A stretch of DNA of 64,000 nucleotides from Candidatus Sysuiplasma acidicola. GTDB taxonomy: Archaea > Thermoplasmatota > Thermoplasmata > Sysuiplasmatales > Sysuiplasmataceae. Shown here piece by piece: positions 9,479 through 18,634 of this stretch. Under the pieces are notes generated by a model that saw nothing but the letters and a program-made list of their open reading frames with translations, ran no database searches and was not told the DNA's origin. Position 1 is the stretch's first letter. Every line of letters begins with the position of its first letter. Location of the stretch: positions 54,994 through 118,993 of the forward strand of contig JAHEAA010000003.1 in the NCBI GenBank assembly GCA_019721035.1, written 5' to 3'. The position numbers and the translations under genes are program-made.

Positions 9479-10582
9479 GTGATCCTGGTTCTTGGTGCCG
9501 GTCTCGTCGGCAGGGCAATTGCAACAGACCTTTCCGCCGACTGTGATGTTGTAGTGTGCGATGTTTCCTCAAAGTCTCTGCGTTCTCTCGACGGAGTAAG
9601 AAAGTACAGAGGGAATGTATTCGACAACAGGGCGCTCATTGAGCGTTCAGAAGCCGTTGTCAGCGCACTTCCCGGAAGCATATCCTGCGGCATTGTGAGA
9701 AAGCTGCTGCGAATGGGCAAGCATGTCGTAGATACAGGTTTCATGGCCGAGGATCCGATGTCTATGGAAGGTATCGCACGCAGGCAGGGTTGCATCTACG
9801 TGCCGGATGCAGGTTACGCGCCGGGCCTGAGCAATGTGCTGGCCGGGCATCTATACCGAACCATGTCTCCTGTATCGATTGAGATCCTGGTTGCAGGTCT
9901 GCCCTCTGAGGATATTGCCCCGTTTCATCACGCTCCGACATTCAACGTTGAAGGGCTCATCGACGAATATACCAGGCCAGCGAGGATCATCAGGAACGGC
10001 AATATCGTTCAGATAGATCCTCTCTCTGAAATCAGGAGCATCTCCTTTCCGGGATTCGGCCGCCTGGAGGCTTTCTACACGGACGGCCTGCGGACGCTCC
10101 TGAAAACCATCAATGTCAGGAACATGTACGAGCTGACACTCCGTTATCCGGGGCATCTTGCGTCGATGAGATTTTTGCGTGACATGGGTTTCTTCTCGGA
10201 CTCGGCCGCAGGAGGCATTGTTCCCCGCGCTGTCACCGAGACGCTTTTCTCTTCGGCAGGCTCGGATTTCAGAGATCTGTGCCTCACAAAGGTCGCAGCG
10301 GTAAAGGACGACATCACAGTCGAATTCACATCCATTGACCGATTCGATGAGAAGACAGGAACAAAGTCCATGGCACGCATGACGGGTTACACCGCCGCCG
10401 TCATAGCGCGTCTGCTTCTGGACGGTTACATCGAGGGAAGGGGTGTGTTACCGCCGGAGTATCTGGGTTTCGACGACAGACTCTTCTCAGCGCTCTTTTC
10501 CGCTCTACGAAAGAGGGGTATAGTTTTCCGTTCGCGCAGGCGAAAGACCGGCAGCAGACGGCCACCTCACCTTCAATCTTGA
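9479..10582 (+). CDS. saccharopine dehydrogenase-like NAD(P)-binding oxidoreductase
   Basis: N-terminal ILVLGAGLVGRAIATDL Rossmann motif and overall length and pattern typical of the saccharopine dehydrogenase / carboxynorspermidine dehydrogenase family. The ORF track uses a GTG start. Confidence 0.6.
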   Translation: MILVLGAGLVGRAIATDLSADCDVVVCDVSSKSLRSLDGVRKYRGNVFDNRALIERSEAVVSALPGSISCGIVRKLLRMGKHVVDTGFMAEDPMSMEGIARRQGCIYVPDAGYAPGLSNVLAGHLYRTMSPVSIEILVAGLPSEDIAPFHHAPTFNVEGLIDEYTRPARIIRNGNIVQIDPLSEIRSISFPGFGRLEAFYTDGLRTLLKTINVRNMYELTLRYPGHLASMRFLRDMGFFSDSAAGGIVPRAVTETLFSSAGSDFRDLCLTKVAAVKDDITVEFTSIDRFDEKTGTKSMARMTGYTAAVIARLLLDGYIEGRGVLPPEYLGFDDRLFSALFSALRKRGIVFRSRRRKTGSRRPPHLQS

Positions 10583-10586
10583 TATA

Positions 10587-10907
10587 GTGCATCCTAGAGA
10601 AGGTGCTGCGGACGGACGTCCGAAAGCGAAGGATGGGATGAGTATACAGAAAAATCGAGCGTCTCCGGTCAGGATAACATCTTCACAGATTGCAACTTTT
10701 GTGTACTGTGCAAGGAAGTACAGTATATCGGTTTCCCTGCCCCCTGATTACGTTGAACCTGCAGCTGTCCGTGAGAGAAAACAGGGCGGTGTAGTCTATC
10801 ACAGAACGAAAGGGCGCGTCATGATGAAGCTTCGTCTGAGAAGGTTGATATTGCTTGCCGCAGGAATGCTGGCACTCGCGGGAGCCATGATCATATGGCT
10901 ACGATGA
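10587..10907 (+). CDS. cas4: Cas4/DUF83-family nuclease, N-terminal segment (split or frameshifted gene)
   Basis: ITSSQIATFVYCARKYSISV matches the Cas4 N-terminal Cys motif (I..S....YCpRk.yl). GGVVYHR matches the G...H motif. Ends in a hydrophobic helix (LILLAAGMLALAGAMIIWL). Overlaps the next ORF by 13 nt in a different frame. Confidence 0.45.
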   Translation: MHPREGAADGRPKAKDGMSIQKNRASPVRITSSQIATFVYCARKYSISVSLPPDYVEPAAVRERKQGGVVYHRTKGRVMMKLRLRRLILLAAGMLALAGAMIIWLR

Positions 10908-11359
10908 CCCTTCTCGCCTTATTCCTCTTCACAGCGGGCGTTGCGATAATCATATACTGGCTGTTTGCAGCGGATCATATGCATTCAACCGATCTCTCAG
11001 GTTCAGGAACGCTGCTCAGATCGGATCGTTATCCTCTCACCGGTAAACCTGATGTTGTGCTGAAAAAGGGGCGGACGTTCATGCCTGTGGAATACAAGAG
11101 TTATGATGCCGGAGGAAGTGCCAGAGAATGGGATGTTGCACAGCTGCTGTCTTACTGTCTTCTGATAGAAGAGTGCAGAGGCAGAACGAAGGGAGGAAGA
11201 CTGGTGTACCGTGACATGGAATTTTTCATTCCCTGGGACGGCCGCTCCAGGCGATATGTCGAAAACATAATGCTGGAAATGCTCGAAGGGTATGACCGTA
11301 TGACCGACGACAGATGGAAATGCAATATGTGCGAGTTCAAAGACTTCTGCGGAAGGTGA
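10895..11359 (+). CDS. cas4: Cas4/DUF83-family PD-(D/E)XK nuclease, C-terminal segment
   Basis: Begins with a TM-like helix (LLALFLFTAGVAIIIYWLF). Then LTGKPDVVLKKGRTFMPVEYKS (motif II Asp, motif III ExK), QLLSYCLL (QxxxY) and the C-terminal CNMCEFKDFC cluster completing a Cas4-type 4-Cys Fe-S site. Confidence 0.5.
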   Translation: MATMTLLALFLFTAGVAIIIYWLFAADHMHSTDLSGSGTLLRSDRYPLTGKPDVVLKKGRTFMPVEYKSYDAGGSAREWDVAQLLSYCLLIEECRGRTKGGRLVYRDMEFFIPWDGRSRRYVENIMLEMLEGYDRMTDDRWKCNMCEFKDFCGR

Positions 11360-11362
11360 GAA

Positions 11363-11506
11363 TCAGTTTCCGAACGGCGTCCTCTTACGTCTGGTGCCGT
11401 CTCTGTAGATGGCATAGCTGCCGGAATCGTGACAGCTGTCTGCCTTATCCCGAACTTCGTATTCCCTGCCGCAGAACCAGCATTTGTAAACGACCCTGCT
11501 GACCAT
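11363..11506 (-). CDS. small zinc-ribbon protein (47 aa)
   Basis: MVSRVVYKCWFCGREYEVRDKADSCHDSGSYAIYRDGTRRKRTPFGN. Pattern CxxC-x11-C-H. GGAGA Shine-Dalgarno 7-8 nt upstream. Below the 60-aa cutoff of the ORF track. Convergent with the Cas4-like gene, co-directional with amt. Confidence 0.3.
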   Translation of the reverse strand: MVSRVVYKCWFCGREYEVRDKADSCHDSGSYAIYRDGTRRKRTPFGN

Positions 11507-11631
11507 AAAAACAACGTCTCCTTTCCTGCTTATCGTCCTTTGTCAGCCCTGACGTTCGTTAAATAGCTTTTGAATGACGTCGCCTTCCTGCTGTATCAGT
11601 TGCTGCCATAGCACCGTGTCTTTGCTCAGAT

Positions 11632-13089
11632 TCAATCCTCTATTCCTTCGGCTCCGGAAATCTTTCCAGTCAGTTGCCTGCTACCAATCACTGCACCGTT
11701 TACACCGCCGGTCAGTTTTTTCAGTTCCTCTATTTCATCGCGATTCATCATGACCATCAGGTTCACGCTGTCCCGCACGCCGCTCCCTTTCCCGTCCTGC
11801 GGCTGAAGGGTTAACGTGAGTCGCACGCCCATCTCCGTAATCGTGTGGCTGTCGATCCCCGTGTATCCCCTTTCACCGTGATGGGCTATGTCCAGTCCGG
11901 TATGCTCCTCCTCAACCGGCACCCTGACTCCCATCACGTAATCGAGCACTTTCAATATGCCAATCGTCATCAGAAACGAGTATGCAGATGAGGCTGCAAC
12001 AGCTATCAGCTGGACTTCAACCTGTCCCGGATTTCCGTAAAACAGTCCGTTAGCCCCGCCCGAATTTACTGCGACGGTTGCAAAAAGGCCGGTTGCGATC
12101 GCGCCCCACGCACCTCCTACTCCGTGGACTCCGAATGTGTCCAGTGTGTCGTCGACCTTCGTTCTGTTCCTCCATGCAACGGCATAGAAACAGATGGCGC
12201 CGGCTCCGAACCCCACTGCCAGCGCTCCCCATATGTTGACGAAGCCTGAGGCAGGCGTGATGGCAACGAGTCCGGCCACGGCACCGGAGGCAGCACCGAG
12301 CATGCTTGCCTTCCCAGTGTAGTGCCAGCTCAGTCCCAGCCAGGTAAGCGAAGCAAGTGCTGCGGCTGTGTTTGTGACTATGAATGCATTGACTGCCAGT
12401 GCGGAGGCTCCGAGCGCCGATCCTGCATTGAATCCGAACCATCCGAACCAGAGAAGGGCCGCGCCAAGTATCGTCAATGTCGGTTCTGCGTGCGCGGTGC
12501 CGTCGCTTTTTGTCAGTCTCGGCCCGATGAAAAGGGCAGCGGCGAGGCCTGCAACTCCGGCGTTCAGATGGACGACGGTGCCGCCGGCGAAATCGAGTAT
12601 GCCCATCCCGTGCAGCCATCCGTCATAGGCCCATACCCAGTGCGCCACAGGATCGTAGACGAGTGTTGTCCAGGCAAGCGTGAAGACAATGAACGTCGAA
12701 AATTTCATCCTTCCGACAAACGCACCGCTGACGAGGGCGGGCGTGATCACGGCAAACATCGCCTGGAAAATCATGAATGTGCTGATGCTTATGTTCTGAA
12801 TGCCCGGATAGGTGGCGCTGTACCCCATGTTGGCCATGCCAATGTACTGAGTTCCGCCAACGATGCCCTGCAGCACACCCGAAGGTCCTGGAGCGAAGGC
12901 TATGGAAAAGCCTACCAGTACCCACTGGATGCTGACAATCGTAAGCACAGCGAAGGACTGGCCGATCAGTGAAAGTATGTTCTTCCTGCCTGCCATCCCG
13001 CCATAGAAATAGCCCAGTGCAGGCGTCATTATCATGACGAGGGCGGCCGATGCAAGAACCCATGCCGTGTCTCCGCTGCTGATCGCCAT
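11632..13089 (-). CDS. amt: ammonium transporter Amt with ~90-aa C-terminal extension
   Basis: 485 aa with 11-12 TM helices and Amt/MEP signature stretches (DFAGGTVVHLNAGVAGLAAAL, twin-His region). GGAGG SD 8 nt upstream of the ATG. Extra C-terminal soluble tail of unknown function. Confidence 0.85.
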   Translation of the reverse strand: MAISSGDTAWVLASAALVMIMTPALGYFYGGMAGRKNILSLIGQSFAVLTIVSIQWVLVGFSIAFAPGPSGVLQGIVGGTQYIGMANMGYSATYPGIQNISISTFMIFQAMFAVITPALVSGAFVGRMKFSTFIVFTLAWTTLVYDPVAHWVWAYDGWLHGMGILDFAGGTVVHLNAGVAGLAAALFIGPRLTKSDGTAHAEPTLTILGAALLWFGWFGFNAGSALGASALAVNAFIVTNTAAALASLTWLGLSWHYTGKASMLGAASGAVAGLVAITPASGFVNIWGALAVGFGAGAICFYAVAWRNRTKVDDTLDTFGVHGVGGAWGAIATGLFATVAVNSGGANGLFYGNPGQVEVQLIAVAASSAYSFLMTIGILKVLDYVMGVRVPVEEEHTGLDIAHHGERGYTGIDSHTITEMGVRLTLTLQPQDGKGSGVRDSVNLMVMMNRDEIEELKKLTGGVNGAVIGSRQLTGKISGAEGIED

Positions 13090-13108
13090 CCGTCAGACCT
13101 CCATACCT

Positions 13109-13135
13109 TTCTGTGTCATGCTCTTCTGTGTCATG
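13109..13135. repeat. tandem 12-nt direct repeat (TTCTGTGTCATG x2) in amt leader
   Basis: Copies at 13109-13120 and 13124-13135, 20-46 nt upstream of the amt ATG. In mRNA sense they read CATGACACAGAA-GAG-CATGACACAGAA and form a 13-codon uORF (MTQKSMTQKGMEV) that stops 3 nt before the amt start. Confidence 0.35.
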
Positions 13136-13313
13136 AACAGATGCAATATTTGAATGTTTAGTGAATATACTAAGTCAAATGATATGCTTATAGAATAATT
13201 TTTGATATTATGAGCATAGTAATTTAAGAAAAAGAGTGCATTTGCAATTACAACGTGTTTCTGAAGACTGACGCTGTTCGTGAAAATGATACCTGGGATT
13301 TTTCTGCAGCGAA

Positions 13314-14072
13314 CTATCTCCTCTGCTTGAATTCCGATGCAACGATGCGTTCGCCGTTCAGTCCGTCTGAATCGCTTGAGGCCAGAAAGACGGCCGGCGG
13401 TCCCATGATACCGGCATCCAGGAGTTTACCGAATGCATCTTCGGAAGTGCCTGGCGGAAACATGCCGCCCTTGACGAAGCCGCCGGGCGTCAGTATGTTT
13501 GCCGTTATGCCGCTGCCTTCCAACTCCTTCGCCATGATCATTGTAAGTGTGTCAGTAGCGGATCGTGTCGGTGAAAACGGTGCGAAACCCCTTATCGCCA
13601 GAAGTTCTCTGTCAACGTCCACATTCACAATCTTTCCTCTGCCCTGCTCAATGAAGGTGGGCATAAACGCCTGCGTCACCGCAAAATAACCAATGTAGTT
13701 AACGTCCATCGCCCTCCTCATCGATGCAATTTCGTATGTATGGAAGGGTTTTGCACTGAAGGCGAACGAGGGATTGAACTGTTCCATGCCTGTGCCGGCG
13801 CAGTTGAAGAATGCATCAACTCCTCCCCATCTGGAGTGGAGCAGATGAACTACTTCAGTTATGGAGTCATGCGATTCCACATCCATGACTACTGCGAACA
13901 CGTCCAGTCCTTCCTTTTTCATCTCGTGATTAGCTTCCTTGAGTCGCTCCCCGGCTCTTGCAGCCATTGCGACAAACGCTCCTTCCAGCAGCAGCGCTCT
14001 GACGATCGCCTTCCCTATGCTGCCGCTACCGCCAGCCACCAGCACCCTGACTTCCGAAAGTTTTCCGCTCAT
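13314..14072 (-). CDS. short-chain dehydrogenase/reductase (SDR) family oxidoreductase
   Basis: VLVAGGSGSIGKAIVRAL Rossmann motif and SDR-like length (252 aa). The catalytic YxxxK is not obvious, so this may be an atypical SDR. Confidence 0.6.
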   Translation of the reverse strand: MSGKLSEVRVLVAGGSGSIGKAIVRALLLEGAFVAMAARAGERLKEANHEMKKEGLDVFAVVMDVESHDSITEVVHLLHSRWGGVDAFFNCAGTGMEQFNPSFAFSAKPFHTYEIASMRRAMDVNYIGYFAVTQAFMPTFIEQGRGKIVNVDVDRELLAIRGFAPFSPTRSATDTLTMIMAKELEGSGITANILTPGGFVKGGMFPPGTSEDAFGKLLDAGIMGPPAVFLASSDSDGLNGERIVASEFKQRR

Positions 14073-14168
14073 GATACCATTGTCGCGCTAGACTGATTAA
14101 TCAGGCTTAAAGCATGTGCACATCGGGGTTACACCTTCCTGCAACGCTGCATGACAGTACACTTCAGT

Positions 14169-16295
14169 TCAGCTGTGTGGTTGTGAGACGACTGTGAAAT
14201 CGGACTCGAGTATCTCGTCCACCGTGCCGCTCTGAATGCCGAACGAACGGAAAAAATCGTCCAGCGCGACTCCGATATATTCAAAATCCTCACTGCACAG
14301 TTTCCTCGTCTCGATCGTCAGCGGTTTTGAATGTCTGCCCGTGTAGAATAATTCGTCAATCCTCGAAAACAGAGCTGCGTCGAGTGTGCATTTCAGTAAG
14401 CTGCGCGTCAATTTCCCCTGCTGCTCGAAGTCGGCCATCAGCTTCCTGTCTATGCGCTCTTCTTCCGCCGCCGTTCTCAGAAAATTCAGCACATCTTCCT
14501 TCATCGGGTTGAGCCCGAAGTGTTCTTCCCCGACCCTTCCCCTGACATACAGCCTTCCACCGACCATGCCAGAGGCGGCAAACCTGCCTATCGGCTCCGG
14601 CGCATCGAGAAGATTGAGAACCATCGCCGTGCCACCGGCCATGTATTCACAGAGATAATCGTCGCATGTCTCACCGATGATCAGCGTCGGCCTTCCGCCG
14701 GCTGTATTGAATTCCCTCATCTGTATGCCCACACGGTTTCCGGCAGAACCGCGGACAAATATGAAACCACCCTGAAGCGCCTGGCCCAGCACATCGCCGG
14801 CATCGCCATGAACGATTACGCCGCCGCGGTGCATCGTGTCGCAGGCATCGTCCGCTATGTTGCCGTATACCCTGTAAATAAGGCCCTCGTTGAGATTTGC
14901 CAGACAGTTGCCCGGATTCCCGTGAAGCTCGACTGTCAGTCTGTTTTGCGCGGCGAGCGCCATGCCAATATACCTGTGTCCGGCAATATTGGTCAGCCGC
15001 ACAGTTTCAGCACCACGCGCAATAGACTCCCTGAGAAATGCGTTGATATCCTCGTATGTCATCGACGAGGCGTCCCTTGACACTGGCCACTCCGTAACAT
15101 CCTCAGAAGACTCAGGCCTATGCCATTCGTGTTGCATCGTCATGCTTGTTCCGCCGGCGATCGCGGTGCGCCTGGAGCTCCCGCCAGCTATGAGCCCTCT
15201 GGAAACAGACGCTATGAAATAACCACCAGGTTCCGGTCTCCAAGTCCTAGCCTCGGGCGATATGCACCGGATCTGCGTTTCTTCGCTCGCAACGTAAAAA
15301 TGACTGTCGTCCTCGCCGATCACCATGGGTCTGAGTTTCGACCTGTCCACCATGGCAATGAGATACAAATCTTCGCCATCGGAGATGCCGGCGGCAACGG
15401 AGAACGGTCCGTCGAGTCTCGCTCTGCGATATCTGTTCATGAGTGAAAGTATCTCTCCGTCGAGACCGTCCTCGAACGGACCGGTCAGCACGGTGCATGC
15501 CTGCTCCACCGTAAGTCCTTCGACCCTCACGAGCCTGTCAAGGAGCCTTGCTATCACCTCGCTGTCGGTGCCTGCATGACTCCTGAATCCCCAGGATCTC
15601 AGCATGTTGACATTTGAGCCGAATGAACTTATGTCTCCGTTATGCACGATTGCGCATTCCATGGATGCAAACGGATGAGACCAGAACGGATAAGTTCCGG
15701 GAGAATTCGTCGGTTGCCTCGTATGCGCAATCCACATATCGGCCGCGATGCCATCACTGTCCAGATCGTAAGCCTGCGCGACCTCAATCGGATGTCCGAC
15801 GCCCTTGTACACATCGACAAATCTGCCGAATGAAACGATCCTCCCTTCCGGCCTTCTTCCGGAGAAGAGCTTCATGTTTATGCTGTCGACTATGGCATCA
15901 AGCTCGCCGGTCTTCGCAACGTCATAAGGCGATACGGAGGCCGTCATCCGTTTCATCTCGCCTCCTCCCCTGCTTATTGCGGCCCTGTCAAGCCGTGAAT
16001 GGAGAATCCTGCCGAACTTCCTCTCCACGTCCCTTCTGATGTAGGTCGCTGCCACATCGTCCCTCACAAACGCAGTGAGTCTGAACGGTTCCCATTCGGG
16101 CGCAGTCCTTGTGAGCGTAAATGATGCGTAACCGGCTCCGAGGCCGCCTCCCCTGTAACCGGCCGCGGATATGCCCTTCACCGGCAGGCCGCTGGCTATC
16201 CTCATCGCATCCTTCTTCCTGATCATGCCGAATATACCGCATCCGTCCTTGACAACGGGCACGCGCAAATCTATCGGCTCTCCTCTGTTCATCAT
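14169..16295 (-). CDS. glutamate synthase: class-II glutamine amidotransferase domain fused to C-terminal GXGXG domain
   Basis: N-terminal CGIFGM (Ntn-type GATase nucleophile Cys). C-terminal NIAGHRYIGMAL...VHGDAGDVLGQALQGGFIFVRGSAGNRVG matches the GltS alpha-subunit GXGXG domain. Start trimmed to ATG about 16295 (MMNRGE...), which removes a 46-nt overlap with the upstream gene. The ORF track gives 16343. Confidence 0.7.
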   Translation of the reverse strand: MMNRGEPIDLRVPVVKDGCGIFGMIRKKDAMRIASGLPVKGISAAGYRGGGLGAGYASFTLTRTAPEWEPFRLTAFVRDDVAATYIRRDVERKFGRILHSRLDRAAISRGGGEMKRMTASVSPYDVAKTGELDAIVDSINMKLFSGRRPEGRIVSFGRFVDVYKGVGHPIEVAQAYDLDSDGIAADMWIAHTRQPTNSPGTYPFWSHPFASMECAIVHNGDISSFGSNVNMLRSWGFRSHAGTDSEVIARLLDRLVRVEGLTVEQACTVLTGPFEDGLDGEILSLMNRYRRARLDGPFSVAAGISDGEDLYLIAMVDRSKLRPMVIGEDDSHFYVASEETQIRCISPEARTWRPEPGGYFIASVSRGLIAGGSSRRTAIAGGTSMTMQHEWHRPESSEDVTEWPVSRDASSMTYEDINAFLRESIARGAETVRLTNIAGHRYIGMALAAQNRLTVELHGNPGNCLANLNEGLIYRVYGNIADDACDTMHRGGVIVHGDAGDVLGQALQGGFIFVRGSAGNRVGIQMREFNTAGGRPTLIIGETCDDYLCEYMAGGTAMVLNLLDAPEPIGRFAASGMVGGRLYVRGRVGEEHFGLNPMKEDVLNFLRTAAEEERIDRKLMADFEQQGKLTRSLLKCTLDAALFSRIDELFYTGRHSKPLTIETRKLCSEDFEYIGVALDDFFRSFGIQSGTVDEILESDFTVVSQPHS

Positions 16296-16297
16296 AT

Positions 16298-18634
16298 TCA
16301 CCCCGGTCCTGCAGGCTTCAGGCTCAGCTCGTTTCGCCACCATGTATCCATGTCAACCGCCCTGAGCAGTTCCCTGTTGCCTGTGAGCGAAGAACTGACG
16401 GAGCTTATTCCCGCCGCGCCGGCAAGCAGCTTGATCTCCTTCTGCAGACCTGCAACCAGATTCTGTACAAGTGCCCGGTTCATCGTGCCGCCGCTGTGTG
16501 TTCCTGCTTCACCGGCACTGTCCGTGCGGCATGCTATCGATGCGGCAGTGCGGAAACCTGCAGCATCTGCGCCGAGTGCAACCAGCTTGAATATGTCTTC
16601 CGCTCCTCTGATTGAATCATCCTCTGCAAGTATGGTTACACCGTCTCTCCTGCCTGCGTCCAGAAACAGTGCGTCTGTGGCGGAGATGGTCAGCTCCAGC
16701 GGAGTGTCCGAACGTGCATCATCCATGTCTATTACAACGCCGGCGAATGCACCGTTGTCCCAGTCGACTCCGGCGAGTTTTCCGACAGTGTCTGGCGTCG
16801 ACGGGCACCTTATCAGCAGCAATCCGCCTCCTGCTTCCACGGGTTTCATCCGTTCTGATGCATCAACGGCGTCTATGTCGATCGTCCTCAGGTGCGCGTT
16901 GCGTGGCCCGATGTCCAGTGCGGACATGAGTCTACTTCCCGAACCCAGAGCGCCGCGGTGTCTGCTGTCGAGTATCAGTCCCATTTCGGAGGCTACCCTT
17001 TCGAGCACAATGTCGTCTGCGGCGTCATTCTCAGCTGAATCGTGTGTGAAGAAGAACGGTGAGGAAAGCCTGATGCGGCCACCGCATATCTGCACGCCTG
17101 TATCTATCTGCTCCCTGTAAGGGTCAATGCTGGGCCTCGTGACCTGCGCACCATCGCAGACTATGCTATCCATCGGTCTTGCCTTCTCTCCGGCACGTCT
17201 TACGGTGCCGGTGCCCATACTGGCCATGACCGCCTCTCTCGGAGCTTTGCCGGAAGCGCCCGACAGCTCCCTCAGTGCTCTGCGGGTGTCCTCGTCCCAG
17301 ATGCGCTCACTGGAAGCCTCACGGGTGTCAGAATTGCCCGGATCTCCTGCTTCAATGCCATAACCGTCTTCTTCCTCTATGTCCAGGATGGAAGACAGTT
17401 CCTCCCTCTCTCTACCGTACAGGCGCAGCAGTGATCTGTTGCCGATGAGCTTCGAGAGGTTGTCCACGCCTGCTGCAGTCATGATTTCTCTCATCTCCTC
17501 CGACCATCCGCTGACGAGATTTGATATCCAGAGAATCGCCTGTTCCTGCGAAATCAACCGTTCCGGCTTGTCCTCAATCCTGTTTGTGATAAGCGCGGGA
17601 CAGAAGCCCGTGTGGCACTTGTGCACCATGAGGCAGCCCAGTGCCAGCAGTGTGGCTGTGCCGAGACTGGTCATGTCGGCTCCGAGCGCCATCAGCTTGA
17701 CGGAATCCTCAGGCGTGCTGACGCGTCCACCTGCAATGATCGTAAAGTTCTCCCTCAACCCCTCCTTCCTGAGAACGGTGTCTACAGAAGGTACGGCAAG
17801 CTCTATCGGCAAACCAGTATTGTCTCTGATGACCCTCGGCGCGGCGCCTGTGCCTGCTCCGGCGCCGTCAATTATGATGCCCGAAGCGCCCATCCTGGCG
17901 ATGCCGGCCGCTATGTATGTGATGTAGTTCGTTGCGGCTACTTTCACCAGCACTGGTTTTCCGGTAGCATGTTTGAGTGCGGTTATGCGCTGGCCGAGGT
18001 CCTCTATGGAGTATATGTCGTGATGCGGCGCCGGAGAGATGGCATCCCTTCCTGGCGGTATGCGTCTTGCTGCGGAAATCGGTCCTGTCACTTTTGCGGC
18101 AGGCAGATGTCCGCCGATGCCGGGTTTCGCCCCCTGTCCGATTTTAATCACAACGGCCTGTCCCTTCGACAGGGATGATGCGTCGACTCCGAATCGTGCC
18201 GATGCCCACTGGACCGTTATTCTGCTGCAACCCGCTATCTCGGGCATGAGCCCGCCTTCCCCGGTTCCGGCAATCACACCAGTTTTTTCGGCAGCCATGG
18301 CTATGGCTATATTCGGAATGCCGGACAGAGCGCCGTATGACATGTCACCGAGGTACAGTGGGGAGGAAAGCACCAGGTCAGAACCGCTGCAGAACGGCAG
18401 GCGGGTATCCGCAGCACCGTGCCGCTGTCCATTGTCCGTGCTCTTCCTGTCAATGAAAATGCGGTCGAGTATTCTGCCAGTCCTGTTCGCACCTGGAATG
18501 TACAGTTGCTCCGTGGAACGTCCGGACTGCGCCAGGCTTCTGATGTGCCCGATTCTCCAGTCGTCCCAGAATTCTGCGACTCTTCTTCCTGGAAGAGGCC
18601 TGAACTTATTGATTACCACGCTATTTTTTATCAA
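16298..18634 (-). CDS. gltB: glutamate synthase FMN-binding (central) domain protein, archaeal GltB-like, with extra C-terminal domain
   Basis: LYLGDMSYGALS...GEGG...IKIGQGAKPGIGGHLP...ATGKPVLVKV...IIIDGAGAGTGAAP are signatures of the GltS FMN/Fe-S domain. About 300 additional C-terminal residues are of unclear assignment. Confidence 0.7.
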   Translation of the reverse strand: MIKNSVVINKFRPLPGRRVAEFWDDWRIGHIRSLAQSGRSTEQLYIPGANRTGRILDRIFIDRKSTDNGQRHGAADTRLPFCSGSDLVLSSPLYLGDMSYGALSGIPNIAIAMAAEKTGVIAGTGEGGLMPEIAGCSRITVQWASARFGVDASSLSKGQAVVIKIGQGAKPGIGGHLPAAKVTGPISAARRIPPGRDAISPAPHHDIYSIEDLGQRITALKHATGKPVLVKVAATNYITYIAAGIARMGASGIIIDGAGAGTGAAPRVIRDNTGLPIELAVPSVDTVLRKEGLRENFTIIAGGRVSTPEDSVKLMALGADMTSLGTATLLALGCLMVHKCHTGFCPALITNRIEDKPERLISQEQAILWISNLVSGWSEEMREIMTAAGVDNLSKLIGNRSLLRLYGREREELSSILDIEEEDGYGIEAGDPGNSDTREASSERIWDEDTRRALRELSGASGKAPREAVMASMGTGTVRRAGEKARPMDSIVCDGAQVTRPSIDPYREQIDTGVQICGGRIRLSSPFFFTHDSAENDAADDIVLERVASEMGLILDSRHRGALGSGSRLMSALDIGPRNAHLRTIDIDAVDASERMKPVEAGGGLLLIRCPSTPDTVGKLAGVDWDNGAFAGVVIDMDDARSDTPLELTISATDALFLDAGRRDGVTILAEDDSIRGAEDIFKLVALGADAAGFRTAASIACRTDSAGEAGTHSGGTMNRALVQNLVAGLQKEIKLLAGAAGISSVSSSLTGNRELLRAVDMDTWWRNELSLKPAGPG

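Noticed and set aside
12050-13063. Three long Arg/Cys/His-rich ORFs (189, 216, 146 aa) inside and antisense to the amt gene
   Set aside because: They are alternative-frame artefacts of a GC-rich membrane-protein gene: low-complexity, Arg-rich, with no motifs. The amt frame has clear family signatures.
14327-15579. Several 60-186 aa plus-strand ORFs inside the GATase-GXGXG gene
   Set aside because: All lie antisense to, or in other frames of, a gene with strong motif support. They have no ribosome-binding sites.
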